From NCBI GenBank assembly GCA_015680685.1, contig MNCI01000248.1, positions 22,811-86,810 on the forward strand: a stretch of 64,000 nucleotides of DNA, in the 5' to 3' direction. The position numbers and the translations under genes are program-made. Every line of letters starts with the position of its first letter. The first letter of the stretch is position 1. The notes below the pieces were generated by a model, which was given only the letters and a program-made list of their open reading frames with translations, did not search any database and was not told where the DNA came from. The stretch is from Gnetum montanum (taxonomy: Eukaryota > Plantae > Gnetophyta). Below, in pieces: positions 24,950 to 39,431 of the stretch.

Positions 24950-27900
24950 CATGTAGTTTGGCTTTAGATAAGATTGATTGATTAGATTGGCCAACTCATT
25001 CCCATCCATGTCAGCTATTTTGAATGCTCCATTACCATAGACTCTAGTGATATGAAAGGATCCTTTCAAGTTAGCTAAGAATTTTTTTGCATGCTCATAG
25101 AAAACCTTGATGGCTAGGTCCCCTTCCTTGATCTTGTGCATGGTTAAGTCATGGTGATTTTGGTGCTTCTACCTCTCTTGATAAGGTGAGCAAGCACTTG
25201 GATATGCTACTCTTCCACTGAATCTAGGGCTACCATCTACAACTCCTTATTTTTCTTGTCATTGATGAAATTGGTCAAGGCTACTTGAAGTGATGGCATC
25301 TACAATTCAAGAGGTGAAAATGCTTCAAAACCATAAACAAGGCTATAACAAGTCATGCTAGTTGCGATGCGATAGGTTATTCTATATTCCCATAGTGCAT
25401 GGACAAGCTGCTCATGCCACTTTTGCTTGTTGTTGTTTAGCACCTTCTTGAGCAAGTTGATGATGTCCTTGTTGGTTGCTTTCACTTGTCCATTGGCTTC
25501 AAGGTAGTAAGGTGATAAGAAAGAATGCTTAATACCTAGGTTTTAACAGAAATCCTTGGTTTCTTGGCTACTAAATTGAGGTTCATTATCCGTAACTATG
25601 GTCATGGGTATTCCAAAATAAGCTAGAATGTTATCTAGGATAAATTTGTAAATCTATTTAGATGTGGTCTTCCTTAGGGAAATAGCCTCAAACCACTTGG
25701 TAAAGTATTCAGTTGAGGTGATGATGAAGCTATGTCCTATGGAAGACTTAGGTGTTATAGGTTTAATGATATCCAATTGCCATCATTGAAACAACCATGT
25801 TACCTGGGTTGTATGTAACTCAGTTGGTGATACATGTATTAGGTTGTTATATTGTTGGTAGCCATGGCTTAATCATTTCTAGGTAGTAATTTTCCATATG
25901 GGGCTAATAGTAGCCTAACCACCTAATCTTAGCAGCCACAACTATAGGTCCTATATTTTCTCCATAAACACCTTGGTGAAAAGCTTCAGTTTTACCTAAG
26001 CACTTTAGGAGTATACCATCATGACATAATGTGTTATCACCTATGATGACATACTACTTTGATCACTTGTATATGGCATATTTTTGAGTAGTAGTTAGGC
26101 CTTGTAAGGATTCACCATGCATAAGGTAAAATTTGATATCATCGTACCACTCCTATGGAGGATCAGTATGAACGATGGCCATAAAGGTATCCTTAGTGTT
26201 CTATGTGATGCGAGTAGCATAGTTAACAGTTAATGTGGGCAACTTGCTAAACACATCTAGTGTCACACTAAGGGCTAATGTTGCAATTGCATCAGCTATG
26301 AAATTTTCATTTTGAGGTATGTGTTGGATATCAACATCTATGAATTTTTGTAATAACTACTTCCCTAGGTCATAATAAGGTTATAAGTGCTTGGCTTTGC
26401 ATGCATAGACTTCGATTACTTGGTTAACCACAAGTTGTGAATCATCTTTGATGGCTAGGAATCTAATTCCTAGGTCATGAGCTACCATTACCCCTTTGAT
26501 CAAACCCTCAAAATCTGCTATGTTGATGGTACATGAGAACCCAAAACAATAGACAAAAGAGAAAATCTCACTAGATGGGAATGTTACAATGGTAGCAACA
26601 TTAGCCCCATGGGCGGTTAAAGCTTTGTCCAAGTTCATGACTACCTCATAATTGTTGGGCACTTGGCTAATTAATTTAATGTGTTCATCATGGAACTTAG
26701 GATCTATGGCTACTTAGTCATCAACAGGTGAAATTGTGACTTGTATGACTATAGTTTGAACTTTTGTTGAGGATTGAGAGATGTAATGAAGGTTAAACTC
26801 CACAATTATGGGTTTACATTTGGCTATACGGCTACTTAAGTAGATGTTGGTCATTTTGGCTTTGAGTATGTTATCCTAGCAAATTACGTTGACATGGCTT
26901 CTGAAGAGGTAGTGTCTCCATTTCTTAAACGAGAAGAGTAGTGCTAGACAATACTTCTCTACTTCAATGTATCGAGTCTCATGGACAACTAACGCATGGC
27001 TATGGTAGTATATAGGAATTTATACACCATCATCACATTTCTAATAGAGTAGAGAGGCAATTGATGCATTAGAGATGGTGAGATAAATGTAAAATGATTT
27101 ACCCTCTTATGGAGTATAGACTATCAGTAGTTGTGTCAACTCTTGCTTAAGGTTTTCAAAGGTCTCTTGGTATTGAGCTATCCACTCATAGTGAATTCCT
27201 TTCTTAAGCAAGTGCTACATGGGTTGTAACTTATCCATAAGCTTAGTGATAAACCTATGAATAAACTATAATCTACTGTGTAATCCCCAAAGCTCTTTTA
27301 GGTTGGTAGGTGCTACCAATTTGGACATGGCCTTAACCTTATTAGGATTTATGTGTATCCCTGCTTCAAAGACAAAAAGGCTAAGAATCTTACCAGTCTT
27401 GACATCAAAGACACACTTCTTATGATTGAGCCTAAGCTCATAGTGAGGCCTCATTTAAGCACAAGATCTAGGTCATTAGCATGGCCATTGGATATCTTAG
27501 TCTTCATGGCTATGTCATCTAGATAATCATTACACAAACCTAACATGTAATCATTGAAGGTATAGGTCATGGCTCTTTGTTATGTCACTTTGGAATTCTT
27601 AAGGCCAAAGCGCATTATGGTATAACAAAGAGTACCCCATGGGATCATAAAGGTTGTGCTAAGTTTGTTCTTTGGGTTGATATTAATTTGGTTATATCTC
27701 GACAATCCGTTCATAAAGGACAACAAGGCATATTTGGCTATAGTATCAATAAGTTGATCAATACTAGGTAAAGGGAAATCATCCTTGATGATTGCTTTAT
27801 CTAGGTCTCAAAAACCAATGCAAATATAGATACTCCCATTTTTCTTAGGGACTACCACTATGTTGGATACCCATTCTATGTAATCAATAGCCCAAATGAA

Positions 27901-28431
27901 ACTTACTTGGTAGAGCTTTGAGATTTCATCGTGAACTACTAAGGCCAAATCAGGTCTAATCTTGCACATCTTTTGGTTAACTGATCTAATGCTAAGGTCC
28001 AATATGATGTTGTGCTAGACTAGAAATGGGTCTACACTTGGCATATCTTCATATGACTAGGCAAATGCCTTAATGTTGTTTAGTAAGATCTTGATGATGT
28101 CTTAAGTGCATTGAGGCTCCAGTGAGGAACTTAGTTTAAGGATTTTCTCTTCACCACTGTGTTTTGTGATAGGAACCTCAACTAGAGAGTCTTTAGTTAT
28201 GCCTTCCACTTCTAAGTCAAGGATTTTGACTAGAGTTTCAAGCCATTCTATAGGTTTCTCTATTAAGGCTATGTGTTCTACAAGACTCTTAGGCTTAAGA
28301 TCTAAGCAATTAGGGCTAATACACCATTTAATATTACCATGAGGTCCATGTAGATAGAAAGGAAAACTAATTTTCTCCTAGGTACTCATACTTTGATTTT
28401 GCATATCAACCAAAAGCTTATTAAGTGGCAC
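24950..28431 (-). pseudogene. pol of element E (RT-RNase H-aRH-integrase, without protease)
   Basis: FA*SYEDMPSVD; EWVSNIVVVPKKNGSI; YLDD at ~27514-27525; RLNHKKCVF. aRH CTINIADFEGLI.G..DDSQLVVNQV. Integrase EYFTKWFEAI, ALWEYRITYRIAT..YSLVYGFEA, GSFHITRVYGNGAF. Confidence 0.92.
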
Positions 28432-28462
28432 CTAGATAAAAGTGAATAAATAATGTTAAAAT
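28432..28462 (-). promoter_or_regulatory. Putative 3' splice acceptor in front of RT
   Basis: Minus strand tttTAACattatttattcacttttatcTAG|GTG: branch point, pyrimidine tract and AG. The following frame (VPLNKLLVDMQNQSM..) runs into RT with no frameshift. Confidence 0.65.
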
Positions 28463-29099
28463 GCCATAAGACATGTAAATATAATGCAATCAAGACCATC
28501 CAAGGTCATCAATGAGATAAGGTCAATTCAAAAAAGTGAAATAGAGGTAAGAAAAGATCACATAAAGGTCAAGCAATGGCAAGTATAATAAGTAAGGCTA
28601 CATATGGCCAACAAAGGTCATAATTTTGCCAACTTAAGGCCTTAGTAGGCAATGATGCTAGTTTAGTCTTGGTGGACTATGATACTAGTTTAAAGCCTTA
28701 GTAGGCCATTATCGTATGGTGTCAAATAATGGTTAGAGAAGGTCAAACCCTACTATTTGATACAATTTAAAGGCCAAAAAAAGTAAATAGAGAGGTAATA
28801 AGATAAATAGCAAACATATAAGGTTGTATAAAGGCTATAGAAGGTCAACCATGTCATCAAGGCAACATGAGTCCAAAATCAAGCTAAAACATTATGTAAT
28901 AAGGCAAAAAGAAAACAAAATAGGATATATATGATAAATTTTAACTAATATATGCCAAAAATGGTTAAGTTTTTTCTAGTTTTAAGCCTTAACATGCCAT
29001 GTTTTGAGGCTACAATTAAGGTTATTAGGTGAGTTCAGGCATCAATCAAGGCTATTTTTGGGCTTTTTGTAGCCAAAAATTAAGTGTTTTGAGGCTTCC

Positions 29100-31800
29100 A
29101 CATTGGGCTTAGCATGGAAATAGGGACCCTTAGTATGGAGAATAAGGAAAATAGGTTTTGGGATGCTTAGAGGTCCAAAATTGAGGTTCTAAGACCTTCC
29201 CAAGGTACTACAAGGTTAGATCCCTAAAAATTGAGCACTCTAGAGGTTTGTAAAGGCCAAAAAGTAGGTTTTGAAGACTTTCCCACTTGTTTCTATGATG
29301 GCCAACATGGAAAAGATGATTTTAGCATGGAGAACCAAAATCCAAGCAAACCCAAGATCAAATATGATCAAACACGTAGCTAGAGTCAAGATCTAGAACT
29401 TGTGCATCTTCTGACTTTGTTCTAAGATAATTTGAGGCAATTTCATGTGTCTATAGATTTCAAAATGGATTTCCCCATTCTTATGTGAGGGGAAAAATAT
29501 CCTCCATGTGAGAAAATAGGGAGACACTTGTTTTATGAATTTAGAGTAATTTAGAAATACTTTGACTAGGTTTTTAGGCCCCTAGGACTATAGACTTTGA
29601 TTCTACAAGTTTCTGTCTAATTTTGGGCATGTTGAAAGGTTTCTTAAGGGAACTTAAGGTTATGCCCCAATTATTTCTATGCTAGGTAAGTTAATAGAAT
29701 GTATAATAATCGAAGGAATGGGTTTTAGAGGTTTAAATGAGGTCAAACAAGTAAAATATTGAGGCTATGAGGTCCTAGGATTCTCCAACGTAGATCTTTG
29801 GCTTCCAGGGTGCCATCTTGATAGAAAAAATGGAAAACCAACTTTCCTCTCTATTTCCACACTAGGTGAGTTACTCTAGCATGGAAGAAGAAAGAATCCT
29901 AGATCTAGGCCAATTCAGATCACAATCTATTATGCATGATACCTCTCGGAGTTGCTAGGTTTAAGAGCTATGGATCCATGTAATAATTTAGCAATTTTGA
30001 GCATCCCTAAGTGGTTTTTGGCTTTTCCACTATTTCCACACTATAGATGGAGATCTTAACATCCAGAAAAAAGGAAGAATGAAATTTTTGGCAATCTGGG
30101 ATTAGATTTATGAAGTTTAAGGGCTGCAATGGTTGCTACTTGAGTTCTAGAATGCATGCAAGGTCATTTAATGTCATTCTGAAGTGTTTAGACATCCCAA
30201 ACAAGCCCCCCCTAAGTTTCCATGCTAAAAATAGATCACTAGTGTGGAAGAATCATGCAGCTTAGATCTAGGCCAATTTTTACCTCAATCAACTATGCAT
30301 TTAGCTTCCAAGGCTACTAGGGTTGAAGACTAGGGTTTGGAGTCAAAACTTGTTATTTTATAGGCTTTCCAAGTGGATTTTGAGCATCCCCCTATTTTTC
30401 CATGTTGGGGATAGTATGACCATTGTAGAAAATTTTGAGGAAATAAATTTTCATACTTTTTTATCATTTTTAGTCATGCATGTAGGTCCTTGAGGTTGCT
30501 AGTGGCATTGGGCAATTCCTATGTTAAAATTTTGTTGTTTTGAAGGTTGATGAGTGGTTTTTGGACTTCCCTACCTTTTCCCATGCCAGGATTCCATGAT
30601 CAACATGGAAAATTGGGGTGAAAGCTTTTTGGTCATGTTTGGTCACTTTCGATCATGCATGCAGGCTTCCAAGATTGTTAGTGTTGATTGCTACTACTTG
30701 ATGTCAAAATTTGATTGTTTCAAGGGTCACTAGGCATTTTTTGGGCTTCCTTCCCTTTTTCATACTATGGCTTCCAAGGTTGCTAGCATCAACTATTAAC
30801 ATCTAATGTTAAAATTTGTTTATTTCAAGCATCACTAAGAAAGTTTTAGGCTTCCAACTTTTTCCTATAATAGGGCTTCTATGATCAATGTGGAAATTTT
30901 GGGAGAAAGCTTTATGGCCCTTTTATGATCAATCTAGCTATGGATGAGTGTCTATAGGGTTGCTTGTGTTATCCATTCGTGCCTAAGGTCAAGATCTGAT
31001 TATTTTGAAGGCTATGAGGGGGTTTTAGGATTTCCAAATTTTTTCATGCTAAGGGTGGAACGATTATTATGGAAGAGGTCTCCCCCAATTAAGAAAGTTA
31101 GATCTAAGCTAGATCGATAGTCGATCAACCATGCATGTCAACCTTCAAGGTTTTCAATGTCAACAGTTAATGTTGGGTGTTAAGATTTGATAATTTAAAG
31201 GCTTCTAAGTGCCTCATGAAATCTACCCCCTTCTTCCATGCTAGGCATGGTGGCCCTAGTGTGGACAAGAGGGGATGACATCTTTGTGCCATATTTGACC
31301 AATTTTGGAAGCTCTAGAGGGTTTTAGCAAGGTCTAGGGATCATTGGGCATCAAGAAATGGTCATTAGATCATCAATTTAGATTATTTTTGTCTTTCCCC
31401 CATCTATCCACACTAAGGGTGAGATTCTTAGCATGGAAGAAGCTTTCACCAACATGGAAAGCATCAAATCCTTATTTCAACAAATTTTGACTAAGTCTGG
31501 TGGGGTTCTGAGGCTATTGGTGGGGTTCACTTTGGGGTTAAAATTATGTTAGATGAGTCTTGGGAGGTAAGAGTGATTGCTAACCCATTTTTTCCATGTT
31601 GAGCACTATTTTCCTAGCATCGAAATCCATGGTGCTTAGCCTTACTCATGTCTTGTCCACTTTTGGAAACCCAGGGTTGAAAAAGGTAGGTTTGGTCTAT
31701 CAAAAATAGAAAAATATTTGTAATTCTAATGAATTTATAAAATAATAAGCATGTTTCCACCCTAGGCATGGTAGTCCCAATGTGGATGCATGAGGTTAAG
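29100..31800. repeat. ~180 bp-period degenerate satellite with palindromic TTCCA(C/T)(G/A)CT-N12-14-AG(C/T)(G/A)TGGAA core
   Basis: Cores at ~29855, 30035, 30218, 30397, 30578, 30862, 31043, 31235, 31406, 31592 and 31755. Confidence 0.75.
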
Positions 31801-32241
31801 GTTTCCATATTGTTTTAAGTGTCAAAATTGGCCAAAATCTCAACGTTGATGTAAGTTTTGGTCAAAAGTGAAGGTGTAGGGTGGGGCCCATAATCCAAAA
31901 ATTTAAAATTTTGAAAAGTGAAGGTATTCTCCACCCAAAACCAATGTAAACTAGGCTTTCACCTTTTGTACTTCAATGCACTTTTAGTTATGGTGCACTG
32001 AATTGATAGCTGGGGTTCCAAGGTGTGTGTTTAGGTTTTAGAAGAGTTTTATATATCAAAATTTTCAAGTTTTCATCACAATTTTCATTATACATCAACA
32101 ATGCATTGGAGGAGAGCTCTAGTAGAGGTTCTTGTGGCAACCACAACCAATTCTCAGCATGGAATCCTCCCATCTCCCTTGTAGCCAGCATAGAACTTCT
32201 ATCTTCTCTTAATCTCAATCATCCTTAGCATTGAGCCTACC

Positions 32242-34594
32242 ATGGCACCCGAGAAGTGAGGGGTAAAGAGAAAAAACCATATGTTACAGAGGATAGATGA
32301 ATGTTCTTGATCTATCTCCATCTAAGCTTCTTCTGTTACTTCTTTGAGGTAGGTAGTTCTGCCTATTTTTGCCTTTGTTTCTTATGGTTTTTCTAGTTTT
32401 TTTCTTCCTATGTGGTAAGGCAACTTTTTTCATATCTACATTGGTGGAGGAATTAGGATAGAATTATGACAAAATCCAACCTCCTATTTTAGTGTGAATT
32501 TTAATGGTTTTCAATGATTTTGGCTATTTCGACTATCTCAATGGCTATATGAAATTTAGGCCTTAAGGTTTTTGGAAGTTTTAGCATGAGGTTTTTGGAA
32601 GTTTTAGCATGAAAAAGCAAGCAATGTTGTGTATTTTTTTTTTCATGCTAAAATGGCTACATATTTATAAAATTTAAGGTCATGGGACTGTAGCAATTTT
32701 TTAACCTTTCCTATGGCTATTTTCTAATTTAATTTGACCTTGAAATAAAGACATTATGGCCATTTTCCTAACATTGCACAGGTAGGTTGCTCATGCCGCT
32801 TTTACAATTTTGTGTGACTTTACAAACTTTTTCTAATAAAATGACAAAGTCTTTGGCTATTTTCTAGTAATGGCTACATAGGAATTGGCTTCAACTTTCC
32901 AATAAAGGTGGAATTACTTTGATTGGATTTAAAATAAATTTTTTACAAAATTTTTACTAAGCATGTATAATAACAATGTTTATGTTATTTTTAGATTATT
33001 GTCCAAATTGATAAATTTTTTTTGCATAAACAAAAAAGGTTTTAACTTTTTTCTAAGCATGGCTACATAGGGCTTTACATAAGCTTTCAAATAGTGGTGG
33101 AATCACTTGGTTTGAAGCTCAAACAAAGTTTTTATGAATTTTTTGCTATGGCTATGTTAATCAAGGTAAAACTCATGGTTGTGGTACATTACCCATTTGA
33201 AAATAGAAGTGGTTGATATTATAAACTTATGTTTTTCTTTTGTGAACATGTAAAACTTAATTATTCTTTTTTAAGAAGAGTAAAAGCATTTTTCTATTTT
33301 AAATAAGCTTTTACTATGGCTATGTGGCCTTTTCTAAGTTTATTATGTTTTTTCTAAATTTGTGCATAGTTTAGATGATTTTTCCAGATTTATGCATACT
33401 TTGCATAATTTAGATGTTTTTTCTAAACTTGTGCTTACTCTTTCCAAATTTATGCATAATCTAGATGCTTTTTTCTAAATTTATGCACAATGTAGACTAA
33501 GACATAGTTTTGGGCTATGAAATTTTGGCTATAAAGACCATAAAATATGGTAATAATGCTTTCATGAAATTTCTCAAGCTAAGTTAGATAAACATCTAAG
33601 AGCTTTTTATGGAGGCTAATTTCACCTCTAACTTAGAAAGTTTTTTCTAAACTTTTTAAGAAATTCCAATGGTTCATAATGTAAGGTTATGCAAGGTTGT
33701 AATAATGTTTTCTTGTGGAATTACATAGACTAATTTAGATAAATACCTTAGAGCTTTTTACAGAGGCTAATTTCACCTTCAAATAGATGTTTTGCCCAAA
33801 TTTTTTAAGTAATTTCCATTGGTCATAACCTTTTTTGTGCTTTGCTTCATGTAGGGTCTTCTTAAGGCCTATTCTCATCATAATGGAGCTAGTTGGTATC
33901 TTGTGCTACATTGGTCATTCTAAGATCAACACCCTACCACATGACATGCCTTTCAAAGACCTCTCATTGTGGTTCCAGCTTGGGGTAAGAGACTTCCTTT
34001 CCTACCTTCTTAGAAAATTTATCGTAATGTTGTGGTCACACTTATCTATAGATGTAGCTAGGGTTGTTGTGGAGACCTTGTTGCCTCAGGCATCTAGCCT
34101 AATTGCTAGATATATTACTAATAAGAAATTCCCTAAGACTATAGGGGGACCAACTAATGCCATAAGTCCACATGACCTTATAGAGATCTAGATGATGTTA
34201 GTATAATACTAATGATACTCTGATGGTTGTGCATTGACCCCACACATTATTCTAGAACCCACCTGTTACCATGTACAATATACAAGGGTAAACATGACTA
34301 TTGTAATGATTTTATGCTTTTGGCTTAATTAGCTTACCTAACTTCATCAATTTAACTTCTTGAAGGTACAAGGTCAATGATTAGGACTTGATTGTCAATA
34401 ATCAAATCTTGTTAGTGGCTCAAACTACTTTGGATGAATTCACCAAGAGTCCTAAAATTAGAGCTGCTGTGTATCAACAATTAAGAGGGGACTTTGATGA
34501 ATATACCACTAGGTTTAACCTCATATAAAAAAAGTGTAAGGATGATGGAATGATGCACAACTAGTGGGTATATTTCAATAGCATAGATTACTCC
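32242..34594 (+). pseudogene. Antisense accessory gene of element E, 5' part (exon 1, FCP1/NIF-like HAD exon, next exon), split by element F
   Basis: TATA-like at 32050, ATG GCA CCC at 32242, donor gag|gtaggt at 32349, acceptor catgtag|g at 33854. Exon RPILIIMELVGILC..WFQLGVRDFLSYLLRKFIVMLWSHLS is homologous to the exon at 40575 in F. Confidence 0.75.
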
Positions 34595-36978
34595 TGTGAT
34601 GTCTAAAAATGTCGATGGCTAGAACACCAAGAGGTTATCGGGCATATAGCCTAACCCTGAATCTGTGCAAGGGCTGTGCTGGAGAAAATGAAAATGAGGT
34701 GCCTTGAATAGTCTGATCGATTACTCGGGGACTTACGTGATGTACAATAACCATATGCAACTAGTATTTTTAAAATGTAACATGTTGAGGTTGAAATGGA
34801 AGAAAATGAGAGGCACACAACAATAGGAATGCATCAAAGTATGTAACCAAGACAATAAGCATGAACAAGTATACAAAGATGCAACATATATGTTATAGTA
34901 AAAATGGAATGAGACTTTAGGTGAGGTAATGCACCACCCAAAAATCATGGGATCTAATCTTTTTTTGGTTGATGAATGTGTACAACTAGTGTGTAGTACT
35001 AGATAGGCACAGTTGGCAACAAAACGATATGGTCACAACTCCTAGGTTGCTACCAATGGGACGTTAACAGGAACCAATGAGCTGATGCTTGCTAGGATGA
35101 GAGCCACTATGAGGAGAGATCTGAGAAGTTCTACTGCTAGGATTTGTTGTTTATCAACTTTCTTTTTTTCAAACTCTTTGCCAATGCTTACTGCCAAAAG
35201 CCAACCTCTAGAAGCCAACATGAAAATCCAACCCTTAGAATGTTGTTTGCTAGGGTATTTATAGAGCCAAGAGTGAGAGAGAGATGTGTCTTGGATTTCA
35301 TGTGTCTTGGGTCCTAGAGGACACAAATGTGAATGTGCTTCGCTAACATGTGGTGTTATGTTGATGTGCTACACTGAATGGAACAATGCTACAAGTGAAA
35401 CCTATTGAGCTATGAACATATCGTTCAGATTGGATGTACCCAAGGGACTACCATATTTTTACAAAAAATTCTTATGAAAAATGTAACATGAAGCTTATGC
35501 TTCAAGACTACATCTTCCCCTCTCTTACAAGTAGGGTCAAGCATAAAGATAATTTTAGGACTCAACAAGGGCTACAACAAGCAAAGAAAACTACTGATCT
35601 TGGCTGCCAAGGAGATGCTGGGGCTGAAATAATCATCGACAACAAGTCCTAGAGCTTCTAGAGATTCCTTGTGGCATCTTTTCAAGTGTTACACTACTTA
35701 TGCTGCTTAGCATAGGAAAGGAGCATGAATACCCACTTGCTACATTATGCTACACTACATAGCGTAGCAGAGTGTAATAGTCACTTTTGAGACAAATCTT
35801 GCTCAAAAACTAGAAAATACCCCTCTGAGGCTTGCCAAGGTAAGCTATTTCAGCAACTAGCCATTACAATTTTCATCTTAAAAGGGCCCAAGTCTTCCTG
35901 GTTTCATCCTTGGGGCACCTTTTATCGTTTAGGTCCTTGCTACATTGTGCTACGTTATGCAGCATATCACAATGTAGCAGTTAGTCTGGGATGAATTTGA
36001 GTCACAACCTGCAATGTTTTGTTAGGAGACTTTGATTGGGACCTAAGGGTGAAGTGGTATAGGTAGTCTTAAAGGTTAAAGCATGGCCAAGTGCAATTAT
36101 TTTTCTTGAACAAGTTGATGCAGAATCTTCTGGCATTATCACCCTGCTACATTATGCTACGCTATGTAGCGTAGCACAACATAGCACCTAGTTTTGTCTG
36201 AATTCTGACCTATTTTCCAAGTGTTCTATCATGGGCTATTAGTCATATTCTAAGGTGGTAGTAGAGCAAGCATTTTTCATGGTTGAAGCATGGGCAATTG
36301 TGTTTTCCATATCAAGATAGTTTGAGAAAATATTTTGTCATGATAGGGCCCTACTACGTTGTGTAGCGTATCACATCATAGCACTCGGAATAAGGTGATT
36401 TTTGATGAAATTTTCTCTATTTTTCTATGTTATACTGATCATACTTCAAGGATGAAGTGGGTAACGCATCTTTGAAAACCAAATATCTACCAACTGCATC
36501 TTTTTCATCTGATCTAACACTTGCAATAATTTTGACACCACATCACCTGCTACACTATGCAATGTAGCATAGTGTAGTAGGGTTCACAGTTAGAAAATTT
36601 GCCAAACTATTTAGTCCATCGTAAAAACCTTCGATAGCTCCTAGTTTGGCACTTGGGTGGACCACCGACTGGGACATTTGTCAAGCTGGACAAGCTAGAG
36701 AGTGTAGCAAGCTTGATAGCCTAGGAGAGAGAAAATTTGCTGAACTACATGGTCCACTTTTAGTGCCTCTATTATGCAAACTGGCCTCATGACTGGGTGC
36801 TACATTGACTATGCTATAGGGGGTGGTAGGCAGGCCCAGAAGTGGCTTCGTAGACATTAGGACCTTTAGAGCATCGTGTTGTCTATGTGACCCAACATGA
36901 TACTTCACTTGTAGAGATACTTGCCCAAATTTTGGGACTGTGTTGAATCATGAGAGTCCCAAAATTGATGGTGTTTCA
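34595..36978 (-). repeat. 3' LTR of element F
   Basis: Colinear with 48932-51335. Minus-strand TATA ctctataaatacc at ~35258. Followed by the PPT complement atggctcctctttg. Confidence 0.92.
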
Positions 36979-38434
36979 ATGGCTCCTCTTTGTTGATGTC
37001 TAGAGGATCTTCCCAAGAGATGTCGATAAAGAAAATGAAACACCATGCTGAACGTGACACCCACACCATTCTTCAGTGCTTGCTTAGATAATGCTTTACT
37101 ATGCTTGGGAGTGCTAGGAAAGCTAGGTATGATAGAGAGAGGGGATGGGTTTGAGGAAATTTGGCTAGGGAAAAGGAAAGGTGTAGGATGCATTATCATG
37201 AACTGTTACCATAGTGTGATCCCTTGTCAGGATGCTTATGAGGGATTCAACACACACATGAGTGGCTTCTCCCTTTGGATTTTAACCTCTCATCGGAGTG
37301 CTTAGAGGTGGTTGATCTAAAGCTAAGATGATTGCAAAGCAACTATGCCATTTGTTTTGGCCACTTGGCTATGTCACCATTTTTCATTTCCTTTTTTTCC
37401 TTAGGGAAATCACACACCCATGTTCATTCGAAGGTAACTATGTCATCATTGTAGGATAAGTGTTTCCTCCCTGGGATGAGTCTGTGTTACATCCATGTGG
37501 GCTTTGACTAGTCTACAGGGGATTCCCATGGGACAAGCTGCATTACGTCTATCATGAGCTTGGTGCTTGGGCATGTGAAAGGGCTTTATGTGCATTGGGA
37601 AAGCTTGTGAAGAAGATGTTAGAAATTGTAAGTATAGGAAATGGAAATTAATTTGGCTAAAGAGAGAATGGGATATGCACTCTCAAGTAGCTAAGTTGAT
37701 CTAAGTGGGTACTTCTGAATAATGTAGTGTGTTGTTCTCATGGTGGAATGCATTCATGAACGATGCCATCTTGGCTTTTATCCTACAAATAAAACAAAGA
37801 GAAAACTAGAAAAACTACTAGCATGTGAGGTGAGGGCAAAGCTCTATCTACTCAATATATTGTTGAGGCAAAAATTGCTATGTCTGACATGTGTAATGTT
37901 TGAAGCAAGAAGACCAGCATTGACTTTGAAGGTGGTAGGCTAGAAAAATTCAATGGCCATGCTAGAAATGAGCATTCAAGAGGCTAGGAGTAATGGTAAT
38001 ATAGGTGCTCAGGAATCCCCACCAAAGGTAAGAGCCATGAAATCCAGTTGCAAGGTGAGAAGTCCAACAACTGAATGCTTTTTTAGACTTTGATGATGGT
38101 AAGGGCTAGAGGATGGTAGCATTGTGGCTAGGCAACAATAGTGTTGGGACTCTAGTAGAAGGTGTTGATGGTGAGAGCTATGACCAAGATGATTGGTAGT
38201 GATGGCAGTAGCTTCGGAAGGTTAGCAAGATGTCAAATGACATCTTTGGAAGATCAACAAGATGTTAGGGATGGTGATGCTACATGTGTCCTAGAGAGTT
38301 TTTCCTTGATGCTATGAACTTCATTATAGAACTACAAAATCCCACCCCATATTACCTAGGAAGCTCAAAGATATGCATGCTTGTTTGTTCACAAGTTCAC
38401 ATGTGTGAGCTAGGAGGTGTTACACTGCAAACCC

Positions 38435-39220
38435 AGTTTTAGGTCTTGGTAGACCATCATATGTGCTAGTTTAAAGTCCTAGCAAATCATGGTCCTAGTT
38501 TAATGTCTAAGCAAATCAAGCTATACTAGTTTAAGGTCCCAATAGACCGTTGTGCTAGTTTAAGGTTCTAGCACACAGTTGTGCTAGTCTAATGATGTAG
38601 CGGACATAGGATGGCCAGTTTAAGGTCATAGCGGACCATGTTGTGGGTGCCAATTTTACGTTATGGCCTAAGAATAATTTGTGCTAGTTTAACATCATAG
38701 AAAATATTCTATGCCAATTTTATGTTGTAGTAGATGATCTACTTACCTTGCTTTATGTTTGGCCAGTCTAGGGATGTTTCTAAGGATGCTATGTTGGTGT
38801 CACAAGGGGATGGTTCCAAGTCTACCAACTCTACATTCAAATGTTTCATAAACCTACCATGGGGTCTTGTCAGAGTTAAGGACGAATGTAGATTATCAAT
38901 AGTAGCCATTTTTAAAGCACTCTTGCAATAATAAGAAGAACAAAAAAAGTCAAGTGGTACTTGCTTAACACAACAACATGTAATGAAATATATGCAAGGT
39001 AACTATGCAATGTTAAAAAGTTTCCAATTTAAGGTCATAGAAAACCATAACCATGCAACATTACATGCCAAAAACTACTAATTTAAGGTTGTAGCAGATC
39101 ACTACTATGATTATAATATAAAAGAAAAACCCCAAAATTACTACTTTCAGGTCATAGCAGACCATAATTGAGCAACATTGTAAGTTAAAATTGCTGGTTT
39201 AAGGTCGTAGCAAACTGTTG
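38435..39220. repeat. TAGTTTAAGGTC-type hairpin-unit array
   Basis: About 10 units at 38435-38735 with ~29-32 bp spacing, plus about 4 more widely spaced units at 39025-39220. Confidence 0.8.
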
Positions 39221-39431
39221 TTGGGCAACATTATAAAAATGAGGTGAAAATTTTGATGCATTTACATGCTATGCTGCAGCTGTGTGCTATGATGTAGTAG
39301 ACATGGGGTGTCCCATCCTATGCTGCAAGGGACAAGGACATTCCGCATTACACGTGAAATGCAGGACGTCCTACATTACATGCAGGACATGGAACATCCT
39401 GAAAAGTAATAGGTGTTGTAATCCTATAAAC

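Noticed and set aside
34733-36908. ORFs repeated in both F LTRs (e.g. 35434..35652 and 49793..50074)
   Set aside because: The similarity simply reflects LTR duplication. Stops differ between copies and no domain is recognisable.
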